A stretch of 62,840 bases of DNA, the filler included, from Chiloscyllium plagiosum (lineage: Eukaryota), in NCBI RefSeq assembly GCF_004010195.1. It is 5 parts of one record of this genome, joined end to end, with 100 filler letters (N's around TTAATTAATTAA, not from the genome) between each part and the next. Parts side by side here need not be neighbours in the genome. Positions count along the whole stretch, not along the records: positions 1 to 26,264 come from NC_057710.1; positions 26,365 to 45,949 come from NC_057710.1; 3 more parts are not named here. One strand, given 5' to 3'. Shown here in pieces: positions 24,700-37,744 of this stretch. The first letter of the stretch is position 1; every line of letters starts with the position of its first letter. Below the pieces are notes generated by a model, which saw only the letters and a list, made by a program, of their open reading frames with translations, ran no database searches and had not been told where the DNA came from. The translations under genes were made by a program, and so were the position numbers.

Positions 24700-25985
24700 T
24701 TCCAGGTGGAAACTGTAGCTGCTATTAGAGATAGGTGTTTGATTAGTCTCAATCATGTTGACAGAAGTAGGGAAGATGTGTTGGGTATGCTAGAGGTTAT
24801 TAAGGTGGACAAAGCCCCAGGACCAGATGGGATCTAATCCAGGTTGCTGAGGGAGGCGAGAGAGGAAATAACTGGAGCCCTGACAGATATCTTTGTAGCA
24901 TCCTTAAACACAGGTGAGGTGCCGGAGGACTGGAGGGTTGCTCATGTTGTCCCCCTGTACAAGAAGGGTAGTAGGGATATTTCGGATAACTACAGACCAG
25001 TGAGCCTGATATCACTGGTGGGAAAGCTGCTGGAGAAGGTACTGAAGGATAAAATCTATTTATATTTGGAAAAGAATGGGCTTATCATTGGTAGGCAACA
25101 TGGTTTTGTGTGGGGGCGATCATGCCATACCAACTTATTAGAGCTCTTTGTGGAAGTGACCAAGTTGATAGATGAAGGAAGTACTGTTGATGTCATACAC
25201 ATGGACTTGAGTAAGGTGCTTGATAAGGTTCCCCATGGTAAACTCATGGAGAAAGTGAAGTCACATGGTGTGCAGGATGTTCTAGCTGGGTGGATAAAGA
25301 ACTGGTTGAGCAACAGGAGACAGAGATTGGTAGTTGAAGGGAGTTTCTCAAAATGGAGAAAGGTGACCAGTGGTGCTCCACAGGGGTCAGTATTGGGACC
25401 ATTGTTGTTTGTGATACACATAAATGATCTGGAAGAGGAAACTGTTGGTATGATCAGCAAGTTTGCAGATGCCATGAAGATTGGCGGAGTAGCATAAAGC
25501 ACAAGGGACTGTCAGAGAATACAGGAGGATATAGATAGACTGGAGAGTTGAGCGGAGAAGTAGCAGATTGAGTTCAATCCAGACAAGTGTGAGGTGATGC
25601 ATTTTGGGAAGTCTAATTCTAGAGCGAATTATATAGTAAATGGAAGATCCTTGGGAAAGGTTGATGGGCAGAGAGATCTGGGAGTTCAGGTCCATTGTAC
25701 CCTGAAGGTTGCTGCACAGATGGATAGAGTGGTCAAAAAGGGATATAGTATGCTTGCCTTCATTGGACAGGGTATTGAGTATAAGAGCTGGCAAGTCATG
25801 TTAAAATTGTACAAGACGTTGGTTCGGCCGCATTTAGAATACTGGATACAGTTCTGGTCGCCACATTACCAAAAGGATGTGGACGCTTTGGAGAAGGTGC
25901 AGAGAAGGTTTACGAGGATGTTGCCTGGTATGGAAGGTGCTAGCTATGAAGAGAGGTTGAGTAGGTTAGGATTGTTTTCATTATA
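24700..25985 (+). mobile_element. CR1 LINE ORF2 RT region (pseudogenised)
   Basis: ORFs 24844-25497 and 25594-25986: NYRPVSL, QHGF, PQGSVLGPLLF, SKFAD; in-frame stops. Confidence 0.93.
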
Positions 25986-26264
25986 GAACATAGAACATAG
26001 AAAAATACAGCGCAGTACAGGCCCTTTGGCCCTCGATGTTGCGCCGATCCAAGCCCACCTAACCTACACTAGCCCACTATCCTCCATATGCCTATCCAAT
26101 GCCCGCTCAAATGCCCATAAATAGGGAGAGGTCACCAATGCTACTGGCAGGGTATTCCAAGAACTCACGACTCGCTGAGTAAAGAATCTACCCATAACAT
26201 CTGTCCTATACCTACCACCCCTTAATTTAAAACTATGCCCCCTTGTAATAGCTGACTCCATACG

Positions 26265-26364
26265 NNNNNNNNNNNNNNNNNNNNNNNNNNNNNNNNNNNN
26301 NNNNNNNNTTAATTAATTAANNNNNNNNNNNNNNNNNNNNNNNNNNNNNNNNNNNNNNNNNNNN
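26265..26364. other. Artificial scaffold linker N44-TTAATTAATTAA-N44
   Basis: Identical 100-bp structure occurs four times in the window. Confidence 0.95.
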
Positions 26365-26955
26365 CACATACACACATGCATACACACAGACACACACACA
26401 CAGATACACAGACACACACAAACAGACACAGACACAGACACACACACACATATAAGTTTGTGGGGTGAATTTGTACTTGCAGAATTACATTTTACTTTGC
26501 TCAAAAACTGCATGAATCCATGTAAGATTCTGTCAACCCCTTTTTTAGATTAGAATCAGTTTGGACAGTGGGGCACAGACATCCTCACACAGGGCACCTC
26601 ACACCTTCAATACATTATCTGAGCCGACATGGCACCAATTGTTAAAGTTCACTTGAGAATGTAACTTTTAAAAAAAGTTCTGGGATTTATATATGAAAGA
26701 ACTGAAACCAACCTGGTCATTCTAAAAGATCAGAGACTTAATAAACAATCAAGGTCTTTTTCAATATGTAATTTCAGTTGCATCACACTGTATACTTCTA
26801 CTATAAATTCTGAGTCCTATGATCTTACACTCCAAAACCACCTGATAAAGGAGCAGCGCTCTGAAAACTAGTCCTTCCAATTAAACCTGTTGAACTATAA
26901 CCTGGTGTTGTGTGATTTTTAACTTTGTACACCCCAGTCCAACACCAGCTCCTCC
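26365..26955 (+). mobile_element. Penelope family B 3' terminus with (CA)-rich tract
   Basis: CCTGATAAAGGAGCAGCGCTCTGAAAACTAG...AACCTGGTGTTGTGTG, homologous to 12146-12378. Confidence 0.65.
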
Positions 26956-28509
26956 TAATTGAAGTTGTTTAAGGCTCTGATCAGGCAACATTTGGAAGGA
27001 TGTGCGAAGGAAGGATGTACTGGCATTGGAGGGAGTCCTGAGGAGATTTCCAAGACTGATCCGGGGGATGAAGGATAAGCATGTGGGTAACGGATGGTGA
27101 AATCAGAATTCATGGAAGTGAGGATATAACAGGATAAAAGTTCCTCGGAACGTTTCCAATCTGAAACTGACTGCCCAAAGGTACAAACTAGGAGAGTGCC
27201 CACTGCTGCGCAAAAGCCCTTTGTCATATTCTATCTGCATTTCACCTTAACCACCTTGTTTAGCTCTGGAATAGGTGAATGGCTGAAGACTGGATGTTAT
27301 TTGGATAGCGATGCTGTTCGGGCTTACGAGGAAAAGGCAGGTGACTGGCCACAGGTAATAGAGGCCAGTGCTGATACCATGGGACCAAAAGGCCTCCTTC
27401 TAATGTCTGACAATTCTATGATTGTGAAGAGAATGTTCTCACCCTGCACTTTCTCTGCACTTTCACGTTGTATGCTGATGTGAAGCTCAAAGTGTGCAAC
27501 AGGAATGGTCTCAGTTACATCAGAACGTGGTTGGAAAGTTGCCATTTCACCTCGAAGCACTGAACTGTACTGACCAAAGTCTGGTAGTTCACACACCATG
27601 AGCTGCTGTAAGAGTTTGTATTTTTGTGGGGGAAGGATTTGAACATTCACCCTGACCGGGGACTGGCTGTCGCTACAGCAACTTCAGAAAGTTCACCGTC
27701 TCCTCTGTGAGAAAGCCTGTTTTGCTTCAACTTTTGAATTGACCCCTTATCTTCCATATGATGTGATCCCTGCCCCTGTCAGGATCTGCTCCACTTTTTA
27801 CTTTCGAAGGAGACAAAGAGTGAGCACCCACCTTTGTCGTCCGACAGCACGTTTTAGACACGGCCTACCGTCTGGAGAAAGGGGAAATCATCTCACACAT
27901 TCTTACACAGCATAAACCCCTGACTCCTGGTCCTCCCCAGTCAAACTGAAATCAGCCGTGAAATGGAGTGACAAATGTGTTGACTCGACAAGATCTCACT
28001 GAATAGTGCAGCAGACTCAGTGGGAGTTTAAGGTGAGGGAACCCCTAGCGGGTAATGACCACAATATCACCATGAATTCACCCTGCAATTCGAGGGGGAG
28101 AAACCAAGATTAGATCTAACAGAAGAAGGGTCACTGGCCCCGAAACAATAGCTCTGATTTCATTGAATGTATTTGAGACAGAGATAGAGAGTTTCTTGAT
28201 TAGTAAGGGGGGATCAAGGGTTATGGGGAGAAGGCAGGAGAATGACTGAATGGCAGAGCAGACTCAATGGACTGAGTGGCCTAATTCTGTTCTGAGGTTT
28301 TATAGTCTTACAGAATGTCCATACAAGTTTCATCTGCTTTTTTCTATTCAAAGACACCTCTATCTCAGGCCACACTGCTCTAAAGTAATACAGCCTTCTC
28401 TTTAATCCTGACTAAAGAAGTAATGCCCTTTCAGCTAAGAATTATTCTTCTTCCTGTCCTCTGAGTCCAACTGAAGCAAGATGGCTATGTTAAAACAACA
28501 GAAATAATA

Positions 28510-31500
28510 CAGGTCATTCTGTTATAACGCATGTTCTGTTAATGCAAATTTGCTGTAATGCATTTGACAAGTTGAAATGCAAGTTTGTTTCTACAGCACA
28601 AACTTTTAAAACCTGTACATAGAATAAAGAACAGTACAATACATTCAGCCATTGATGTTATGCTGGCCTTTTATCCTACTCAAAGATCAGACTAACCAAC
28701 TCTTCATTGTATTATCTTCCATGTGCCTATCCAAGAGTCGCTTAAATGTCTCTGACTCTACTACCACAGCTGGCAGTGCATTCCACACACCCACCACCCT
28801 CTGTGTAACAAACCTACCTCTGACACCTCCCCAAAACCTTCCTCCAATTACCTTATATGCCCCCTCATGATAGACATTTCCATGTTGGGGAAAAAGTCTC
28901 TAGTGCATTCCACACACCCACCACCCTCTGTGTAACAAACCTACCTCTGACACCTCCCCAAAACCTTCCTCCAATTACCTTATATGCCCCCTCATGATAG
29001 ACATTTCCATGTTGGGGAAAAAGTCTCTGGATATCCACTCTGTCTACGCCTCTCAACATCTTATACACCTCTATCAAATCACCTCTCACCCTTCTTTGCT
29101 CCAATGAACAAAAGTTCGAGCTCCCTCAACCTTTCTTCATAAGACATGCCCTTCAGTCCAGGCAGCATCCTTGTAAGTCTCCTCTGCACCCTCTCTAAAG
29201 CTTCCACATCCTTTTTTTGATGAGGTGACCAGAACTGAACACAATATTCCAAGTGTGGTCTAACCAGGGCTCTATAGAGCTGCAGCATACCCTCACGACT
29301 CTTAAACTCAAGCCCACTGCTTATAAAAGCCAACACAACATATGCCTTCTTAACAGCCCTATCAACTTGGGTGGCAACTTTGAGGGATCTGTGGACATAG
29401 ACCCCAAGATTCCTCTGTTTCTCCACACTGCTAAGAATCCTGCCTTTAACCTGCATTCAAATCCGACTATCCAAAGTGAATCATTTCACACTTTTCCAGG
29501 TTGAACTCCATCTGCCACTTATCAGCCCAGTTCTGCATCCTGTCAATGTCCTGATGCAACCTATAAGAGCCCTCCACAACATCTAAAATTTCACCCAATT
29601 TTGTGTTATTGGCAAAATAACTGACCCACCCTTCCACTTCCTCATCCAAGTCACTTATAAAAATCACAAAGAGCAGAAGTCCCAAACCCTGCAGAACACC
29701 ACTGGTCACTGAGCTCCAAGTTGAATACTTTCCATCTATTACCACCCTCTGACTCCTGTGGGCCAGCCAATTCTGTATCCAGGCAGCCAGATTTCCCTCT
29801 ATCACATGCCTTCTTACTTTTCGAATGAGCCTACCATGGGGAACCTTATCAAATGCCTTGCTAAAACCCATATACACCACATCCACTGCTCTACCTTCAT
29901 CAATGTGTTTTGTCACATCCTCAAAGAATTCAATAAGGTTGGTGAGGCATGACCTTCCCCACACAAAGCCACGCTGACTATCTCTAATCAAACTATGGTT
30001 TTCCAAGTAATCATAAATCCTGTTTCTCAGAACCTTCTCTAATACTTTGCCCAACACTGATGTAAGACTGACTGGTCTGTAATTCCCAGGATTATCCCTA
30101 TTCCCTCTCTTGAACAAGAGAATACCATTTGCCACCCTCCAATAATTTGGGACTATTCCTGTGGACAGTGAGGATGCAAAGATAATCGCCAAAGGCACAG
30201 CAATCTCTTCCCTCCCTTCCTGTAGTAACCTCAGGTATATCCCATCTGGCCCAGTGGATTTATCTATATGAAGTTTTTCAAAATTTTCAATACATCCTCC
30301 TTCTTAATATCAACCTGTTAAAGCATATCAGTTAAAGTCCCTCTCAGTAGTGAATAATGAAGCAAAGTACTCATTAAGGATCTCCCCTACTTCCACCAAC
30401 TCCAGGCGCAAGTTCCCTCCACTATCCCTGATCGGCCCCAACCTCACTCTGGCCATCCTCTTGTTCCTCACATAAGTGTAGAATGCCTTAGGGTTTTCCT
30501 TAATCCTACCCGCTAAAGCTTTTACACACCCCCTTCTAGCTCTCCCAAGTCCATTCTTTAGTTCATTCCTGGCTACCTTGTAACCCTCTAGAGTCCTGTC
30601 TGATCCTTATCTCCTCAACCACAAGTAAGCTTCCTCTTTCTCTTGACCAGCTGTTCCACACCCCTTATCATCCAAGGTTCTTTCAACTTATCATCCCCAA
30701 GTACTTCCTAAACCACCTCTACATTTCTGTTGTGCATTTCCCTGAGAACCTCTGTTCCCAATTTAGGTGCCACAGTTCCTGCCTAATAGCATTGTAATTC
30801 CCCCTCCCTCAATTAAATAATTTCCCATACCATCTGCTTTTATCTCTCTCCATGAGTATAGTAAAGGTCAGAGAGTTGTGATCACTATCTCCGAAATGAT
30901 CTCTCACTGAAAGATCTGACACCTGGGATGGTTTGTTGCCAAGCACCAAATCCAATATGGCCTCCCCTCTGGTCAGGTGAAAGTGAGGACTGCAGATGCT
31001 GGAGACCAGAGTCAAGATTAGAGTGGTGCTGGAAAAGCACAGCAGGTCAGGCAGCAACCGAGGAGCAGGAAAATCGACGTTTCAGGCAAAAGCCCTTCCA
31101 CTTGACAAAAACTGCCCCATCCAAACCATTTGAACGAAGTAGGTTCTAACCAATATTAGGTTTATGGTGAGAGGAGAAAGATATAAAAGGGACCTAAGGG
31201 GCAACATTTTCATGCAGAGGATGGTGTATTATGGAATGAGCTGCCAGAGGAAGTGGTGGAGGCTCATACAATAGCATCATGTAAAAGGCATCTGAATATG
31301 AATAGATGTATGAATAGGAAAGGTTTAGAAGGATATGGGCCAGGTGCTGGCAAATGGGTCCAGCTTAGAATCAGATGTCTGGTCAGCATGGACGCAATCG
31401 CACTACCCTGCCAATCTAGTTTCAATCCTCCCGGATACCTCTCGCAAACCTCCCCTCCAGGACATTGGTAACCCTCCAGTTCAGGAGCAATCCATCCTCC

Positions 31501-31851
31501 CTGTACAGGTCCCACCTTCCCCAGAAGGTATCCCAATGATCCACACATCTGAAGCCCTCCCTCCTACACCAGTCCTGCAGCCACTGTTCAACTACACTCG
31601 CTCTCTGTTCCTAGCCTCACGAGCACCGGTAGCGATCCTGAGATTATTACTCTGTTCGATCTGCCTTCAAGCTTCCAGCCTAATCCCCTTTCCTCTCTTT
31701 TCAGGTCCTCCTCCTTTCTCCTACCTATGTCTTGTGTTGGCTGTAATGCGATTACATCGTCCATGTTTTAAGTGCTATTTTTTAAAGCGCAATTTTTCTA
31801 TGAAGTGGAGTTGCACAGGAACGCAGCCATTGTGTTATAGAAGATCAATGT
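28510..31851. mobile_element. Tc1/mariner(pogo)-type MITE split by CR1 insertions (halves about 28510-28616 and 31733-31851)
   Basis: TA|CAGGTCATTCTGTTATAACGC left end and imperfect inverted right end GTGTTATAGAAGATCAATG. Internal repeated TGTAATGC motifs occur in both halves. Confidence 0.55.
28617..31730 (-). mobile_element. CR1 LINE, degenerate ORF2, with nested Penelope terminus (about 30977-31098) and plus-strand CR1 tail (about 31160-31395)
   Basis: ORFs 29079-29456, 29467-30198 (RT) and 30809-31057 (endonuclease, SDHN). Confidence 0.9.
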
Positions 31852-32139
31852 GCAAATAACATTTCTTCAGCTCTGATGATACTCTCAGCGTGAAATGTTA
31901 ATACTGTTTCTCTCTCCACAGATGCTGCCAGACTGGCTGATTTTCTTGCAGAAATTTCTTGTTTTTATTGGATTTAGATCTAGATATAGTTATTTAGGTT
32001 TAATCTCCTCCATCTTTTTTTTTTGTTTCCACCAGCTTCTGACCCATTCTCTTCATCCTCAGTGCTGTCCTGAACATCAGGAGCCTTCAGGAGAAGGAGG
32101 CTTGTCATTGATGCTGCAGAACATTGTTAAATGCCTGCT

Positions 32140-35100
32140 GGGGGTGGGGGGGGTGGGATAGTCCCAAGATTAGGAGAGCTGTCTCACAGACTGGTCAAGC
32201 AGCTTCCTAATATTGTCATATTCACTGAATTACACCTTACAGACACCTGCATTACCATCCCTGGATATGTCCTGTCCCATCAGCAGGACAGACCCAGCAG
32301 AGGGGGTGACACAGTGGGATACACTCTGGAGGGAGTTGCCCTGGGAGTTCTCAGCATTGACTTCAGACTCCATGAAGTCTCATGGCTTCAGGTTAAAACA
32401 TGACATAGGAAACCTTCTGCTGATTACCACGTAGCATCCTCCCTCAGCTGATGAATCAGTACTCCTCTATGTTGAACTACACTTGGAAGAAGCACTGACG
32501 GTGGCAAGGATGTAGAATTTCAATGTCCACTACCAGGAATGGCTCAGCAGCAGCACTATTGATCGAGCTGATCAGATCCTAAAGGATGTAGCTGTTGGAC
32601 TGAGTCTGCAGCAGGTGGTGAGGGAACCAACAAGAGGGAAAACCTCATCTTTACCAATCTGCCAGCTGCAGGTGTATCGGTCCATGACAGTATCGGTAAG
32701 AGTGACCACCGCACAGTCCTTGTGGAGATCAAGTTCTGCCTTCACATTGAGAATACCGTCCATCATGTTGTATTGCTAAATGGGACAGACTTTAAACAGA
32801 TTTCGCAACTCAAAACTGGGCATACTGTCCAGGGTAACCAGCCTGGCCTGGCCTTCCTGGGTAGACGTGATGGTCAAGGAGGCACAACAACACCTCTTCT
32901 TCCTCAGGCACCTCAGGAAATTCAACACGTCCATAAGGGCCCTCACCGACTTCTACAGATACACCATTGAGACCATACTGTCCGGGTGTATATCGGCCTG
33001 GTACGGTAACTGCTCTGCCCAGGACTGTAGGAAACTACAGAAGGTGGTGCGCACAGCCCAGACCATCACGGAAGCCAATCTTTCATCCATGGGCTCCATT
33101 TACACGGCTCGCTGCCACGGAAATGCTGCCAACATCATCAAAGACCCCTCCCACCCCGGTAATGATCTCCATCAGGCAGGAGGTACAGAAACCTGAACAT
33201 ACCCTCCAGCAGGTTCAGGAACAGCTTCTTCCCGGCTGGTAATGGACTCTTTAGCCTCAAATAATGCTGACCTTGCTCAGAGCTTGCCCTGTGCGATGTA
33301 ACCTGTATGCCTTTAAGTTTTATTTTCATCCTATGATCTATATATCCTTGCATACTATGATCTGCCTGTATTGCTCACAAACAAAGCTCTTCACTGTACT
33401 GAGGTACACGTGACAATAAAATCAAATCAAATCATCCATGAGGCACTCTGGGCCATCAACAGCAGCAGAACTGTACTCCAGCACAATCTGTAACCTCATG
33501 GCCCGGCATATCCCCCACTCAACCATTACCATCAAACCAGGGGATCAACCCTGGTTCAATGGAGAGTGCAGGAAGGTATGCCAGGAGCAGCACCAGGCAT
33601 ACCTGAAGATGAGGTGTCTACCTGGAGCACCAGGCATACCTGAAGATGAGGTGTCTACCTGGTGAAGCTACCAAACAGGACTACTTGCATGCCAAACAGC
33701 ATAAGCAGCACGTGATAGACTGAGTGAAGTGATCCCACAACCAATGGATCAGATCTAAGCCCTGCAGTCCCGTCCCATCCAGTGGTGAACGATGATGAAC
33801 AATTAAACTACTCACTAGGGGAGGAGGCTCCACAAATATCCCCATCCCCAATGATGGGACAGCCCACCACATCAGGGCAAAAGATAAGGCTGAAGCATTT
33901 GCTGCAATCTGCAGCCAGAAGTGTTGAGTGGATGATCCATCTCAGCCTCCCCCTGTGGTCTCCAGCATCACAGATACCAGGCTTCAGCCAATTCGATTCA
34001 CTCCACGTGAGATCAAGGAATGGTTGGAGGCACTGGATACTTCAAAGGCAATGGGCCCTGATAACATTCCGGCACTAGGACTGAAGATGCTGAAGGCATG
34101 TGGTCCAGAACTTGCTGCTCCCCTAACCAAGCTGTTCCAGTACAGTTACACCACTGGCATCTACCCGACAATGTGGAAAATTGCCCAAGTATGTCCTATA
34201 CATAAAAAACAGGAAAATCCAATCCGGCCAATTACTGCCCCATCAGTAAAGTGATGGAAGGTGTCATCAACAGTGCGATCAAGCAGCACCTGCTCAGCAA
34301 TAACCTGCTCAGTGACACCCAGTTTGGGTCCCACCAGGGCCACTCAGCTCCTGACCTCATTACCGTCTTGGGCCAAACATGGACAAAAGAGCTGAACTCC
34401 AGAGGGGAGGGGAGAGGGACAGCCCTTGACATCAAGGCTGCGTTTGACTGAGTGTGGCATCATGGAGCCCTAGCAAAACTTGAATCAATGGGTATCAGGG
34501 GGCAAACTTTCTGGTGGTTGGAGTCATATCTGACACATAGGAAGATGGTTGTGGTTATTGGAGGTTAGTCATCTCAGCTCCAGGACATCTCTGCAGGAGT
34601 TACTCAGGGTAATGTTCTAGACCCAACCATCTTCAGCTACTTCATCAGTGGCCTTTCCCCCCATTATAAGGGATGAAGTGGGGATGTTCGCCAACGATTG
34701 CACAATGTTCAGCATCATTCGTGACTCTTCAGATACTCAAGTGCTCAAATGCAACAAGATCTGGACAATATCCAGGCTAATGCTGACAAGTGGCAAGTAA
34801 CATTCGCGTCACACAAATGCCAGGCTATGATCATCATCAACAAGAGATAATCTAACCACTGCCCCTTGACATTCATTGGTGATAACATTAGAATTTATTT
34901 TATTCCTCTGTGGGATGGGGGTGTCACTGGCTGGGTTAGCATTTATTGCCTATCCCTAGTTGCCCTTGAGAAGGTGGGGGTGAGCTGCCTTCTTGAACTG
35001 CTGCAGTCCATGTGCTGTGGGTTGACCTACAATGTCCTTAGGGAGGGAATCCTCCACTATCAACATTGAGGTTACCATTGACCAAAAACTCACTGGACTC

Positions 35101-35712
35101 ACCACATAAACACTACAAGAGCAGGTCAGAGGCTAGAGATACTGCAGTGAGTAATTCACCTCCTGACTCCCCAAAGCCTGTCCACCATCTACAAGGCACA
35201 AGTCAGGAGGGTGATGGAGTACTCCCCACTTGCCTGGATGGGGGCAGCTCCAACAACACTCAAGAAGCTTGACACCATCCAGGACAAAGCAGCTCAGCAC
35301 CACATCCACAAACATCCTCTCCTTCCACCACCAACGCTCAGTAGCAGCAGTGTGTACGAACTACAAGATGCGCAGCAGAAATTCACCAAAGATCCTCAGA
35401 CAGTACCTTCCAAATCCACGACCTCTTCCATCCAGAAGGATAAGGGCAGCAGGTACATGGGAACACCACCCCCTGCAGGTTCCCCTCCCAGCCACCCACC
35501 ATCCTGACTTGGGAATATATCGCCGTTCCTTCTCTGTCTCTGGGTCAGAATCCCGGAATTCCCTCCCTCAGGGCATTGTGGGTCAACCCACAGCACATGG
35601 ACTGCGACGGTTCAAGAAGGCAGCTCACCCCCACCTTCTCAAGGGGCAACTAGGGACGGGCAATAAATGCTGGGCCTAGCCAGTGACACCCACATCCCAT
35701 GGGAGAATAAAA
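32140..35712 (+). mobile_element. Second-family CR1-group LINE, near-complete degenerate ORF2 (endonuclease plus RT)
   Basis: IPGYVLSHQQDRPSRGG (endonuclease), KAMGPDNIP, ALDIKAAFD, GVTQG...FAND; tail ending CCCACATCCCATGGGAGAATAAA. Confidence 0.85.
32824..33432 (+). mobile_element. Rex1/Babar-type fragment nested in the second-family LINE
   Basis: KEAQQHLFFLRHLRKF...TIETILSGCISAWYGNC, (AATCA)n tail; the host sequence resumes at CATCCATGAGG. Confidence 0.8.
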
Positions 35713-36718
35713 TTAAACAGTGTTCAACTGCAGCAGCTGACCCAAAGCAGGGATATGGGGAAAGAAGGAATTGCATTACTATATCAACCTTTCATGACCG
35801 CACAGAGACCCAAAGTGCTTTACAGTTAGTGGTGGAGATTTCTTTTGACAGAGATGTTACTATGTTAAGAAACAATGCAGCCTTTTCACACCGCAAGATC
35901 CCACACAAAGCAATAATGATCAGGATAATTTATTTTATTAGAGTTGCTTGAGGTAAGTATTGGCCAGGACAGTGGGCTATTCATCAAAACAGTGGCATGG
36001 CAGATATATCACCTCCCTGAGAGAGACACACTCAAACAGAACAAAGGCAAAAATGATCTCATTAGAAGAGAACAGGAACAGAGAAGGAGAGAGAAAGGAA
36101 GAGAGCAGTGGAGAAACTTAAGGGATAGAGAGAGCAATATAGAGTCACAGAGATACAAGGGACAGACAGAGAGAGTGAGAACAATAGATATTGATAGAAA
36201 CATGAGGGACAGAGAGAGAGAGAGTGTGCAGCAGAGAATTATATAAACACAAGGGGATAGAGTGAGCAATGTAGAGTTACAGAGACACAAGGGACAGAGA
36301 GAGAGAGAGAACAATGGAGATTGATAGAAACATGAGGGACAGAGAGAGGCATACATTGAGAGAAAGAAATGTCGTCAGTAATGGATAGAGAGGCAGACAG
36401 TTGGAGCCGTAGAGGGAGGAAAGGTAGACACAATCAAAAACAGGGTACAGTAAAGAGACTGGAAGCTACATATAGGCACAACCACTTTTCCCCGAGGCAG
36501 AGGGTTCATTGCTAAAGCCTGCGGGCAGCAGGTGTTGTCACTTGTTGAGTTGTGAACAGGCCGAGAGGTATCTTGCCTGGTTTGGAACAAGAAGCAGAGA
36601 TAGTGGAAATGACCTGGACAGATCAAGAGAGTCTGTGTTGGAGTCCATGTTTGGAGAGAATGTCTGACACTGGCCTTTGTGTGTGTGAGTCATCCCAACA
36701 ATGAACATTCCTGGGGTT

Positions 36719-36909
36719 TTATTGGTCATAGTAATCAATGTGGGCTCCAGACGGAAAGTCATCTCGAATGAGGATATTCACCAGCTTTCGGGCAGAGTCA
36801 TGACAATTGATGAGCTGGCCTTCCTGATGCATGGTGAGGAATGTTTGCCTGAGTTCTGGGTCGGCAGTCTCTAACCGAGCTTGCTTCTGCATGTCAGTGT
36901 CCAAGGGAC
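36719..36909 (-). CDS. SPR: Sepiapterin reductase, last coding exon
   Basis: cag|GT CCC TTG GAC acceptor (phase 1). [21 protein letters not shown]...SARKLVNILIRDDFPSGAHIDYYDQ* matches the SPR C-terminus [21 protein letters not shown]...[25 protein letters not shown]. Confidence 0.93.
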
Positions 36910-37744
36910 CTGTATGGGCAAAGGACACCGTCAACTGAGCTGAACACAAACACCCAATCAGCTGAAGAAAGAACTTTCATTTCACCGGTACCTTTCCCCA
37001 CCTCTGCTCAATCCAAAGCTTTGAGCTGGTAATGGAGTCCCTGTGGCAGCCAATCTGAGTACAGCAAAATCCCACAAGCAGCAGTGTCATAAGAACCAGT
37101 GCATCAGTGTTCAGTAATGTCATTGAGGGATTAGTGTGGGCGAATGAGCTGGAAGAAGCCAACTACATTTCTTAGTGCTGTGGAATCTTCGGTGTCCACC
37201 TGAGGGGACAGACAGGCCCTTAATTTAACAGTTTATCTAAAAGGGGCACTGGCAACAATGCAGCATTCCCTCAGTAAGGCACTTGGAGAACCACCCTGGA
37301 TTAAATCCGCAGTCTTCCAAATGAAAGCAGGACCTTCAGAAGTATTGTGGCAGAGGTGTTACAAACAGAGCCACATCTCACACTCCAAATACAGCTCAGA
37401 AACAGACCCTTTGGTCCAACCAGTCTATGTCAACTATAATCCCGAACTAAACTAGTCCCACCTGCCTGCTCCTGGCCCATATCCCACCAAACCTTCCCTA
37501 TTCATGTATTTATCCAAACGGTTTGAAGTGTTGTAATTCTATCCACATCCAGCACTTCCTCAGGATGTTGATTCCACACGCAAACCACCCTCTCTGTAAA
37601 ATATTGGCCTGTTACGTCTTTGTTAAATCTCTCGCCTCTCACCTTGTCAAGGTTGGACTTACTAAAATTATTCCTCATCACATCACGCTAGAGAAATACT
37701 CGCAGTTTTACTCCAAGAGTAATCGTCAGTAACCCAGCACACAG

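Noticed and set aside
24844..25986. Functional reverse transcriptase gene
   Set aside because: In-frame stops and an altered catalytic motif (FADA instead of FADD); a dead CR1 copy.
27800..27823. TFEGDKE-stop resembling the HHEX C-terminal IEGDK
   Set aside because: No preceding acidic tract, and an in-frame stop lies shortly upstream; chance match.
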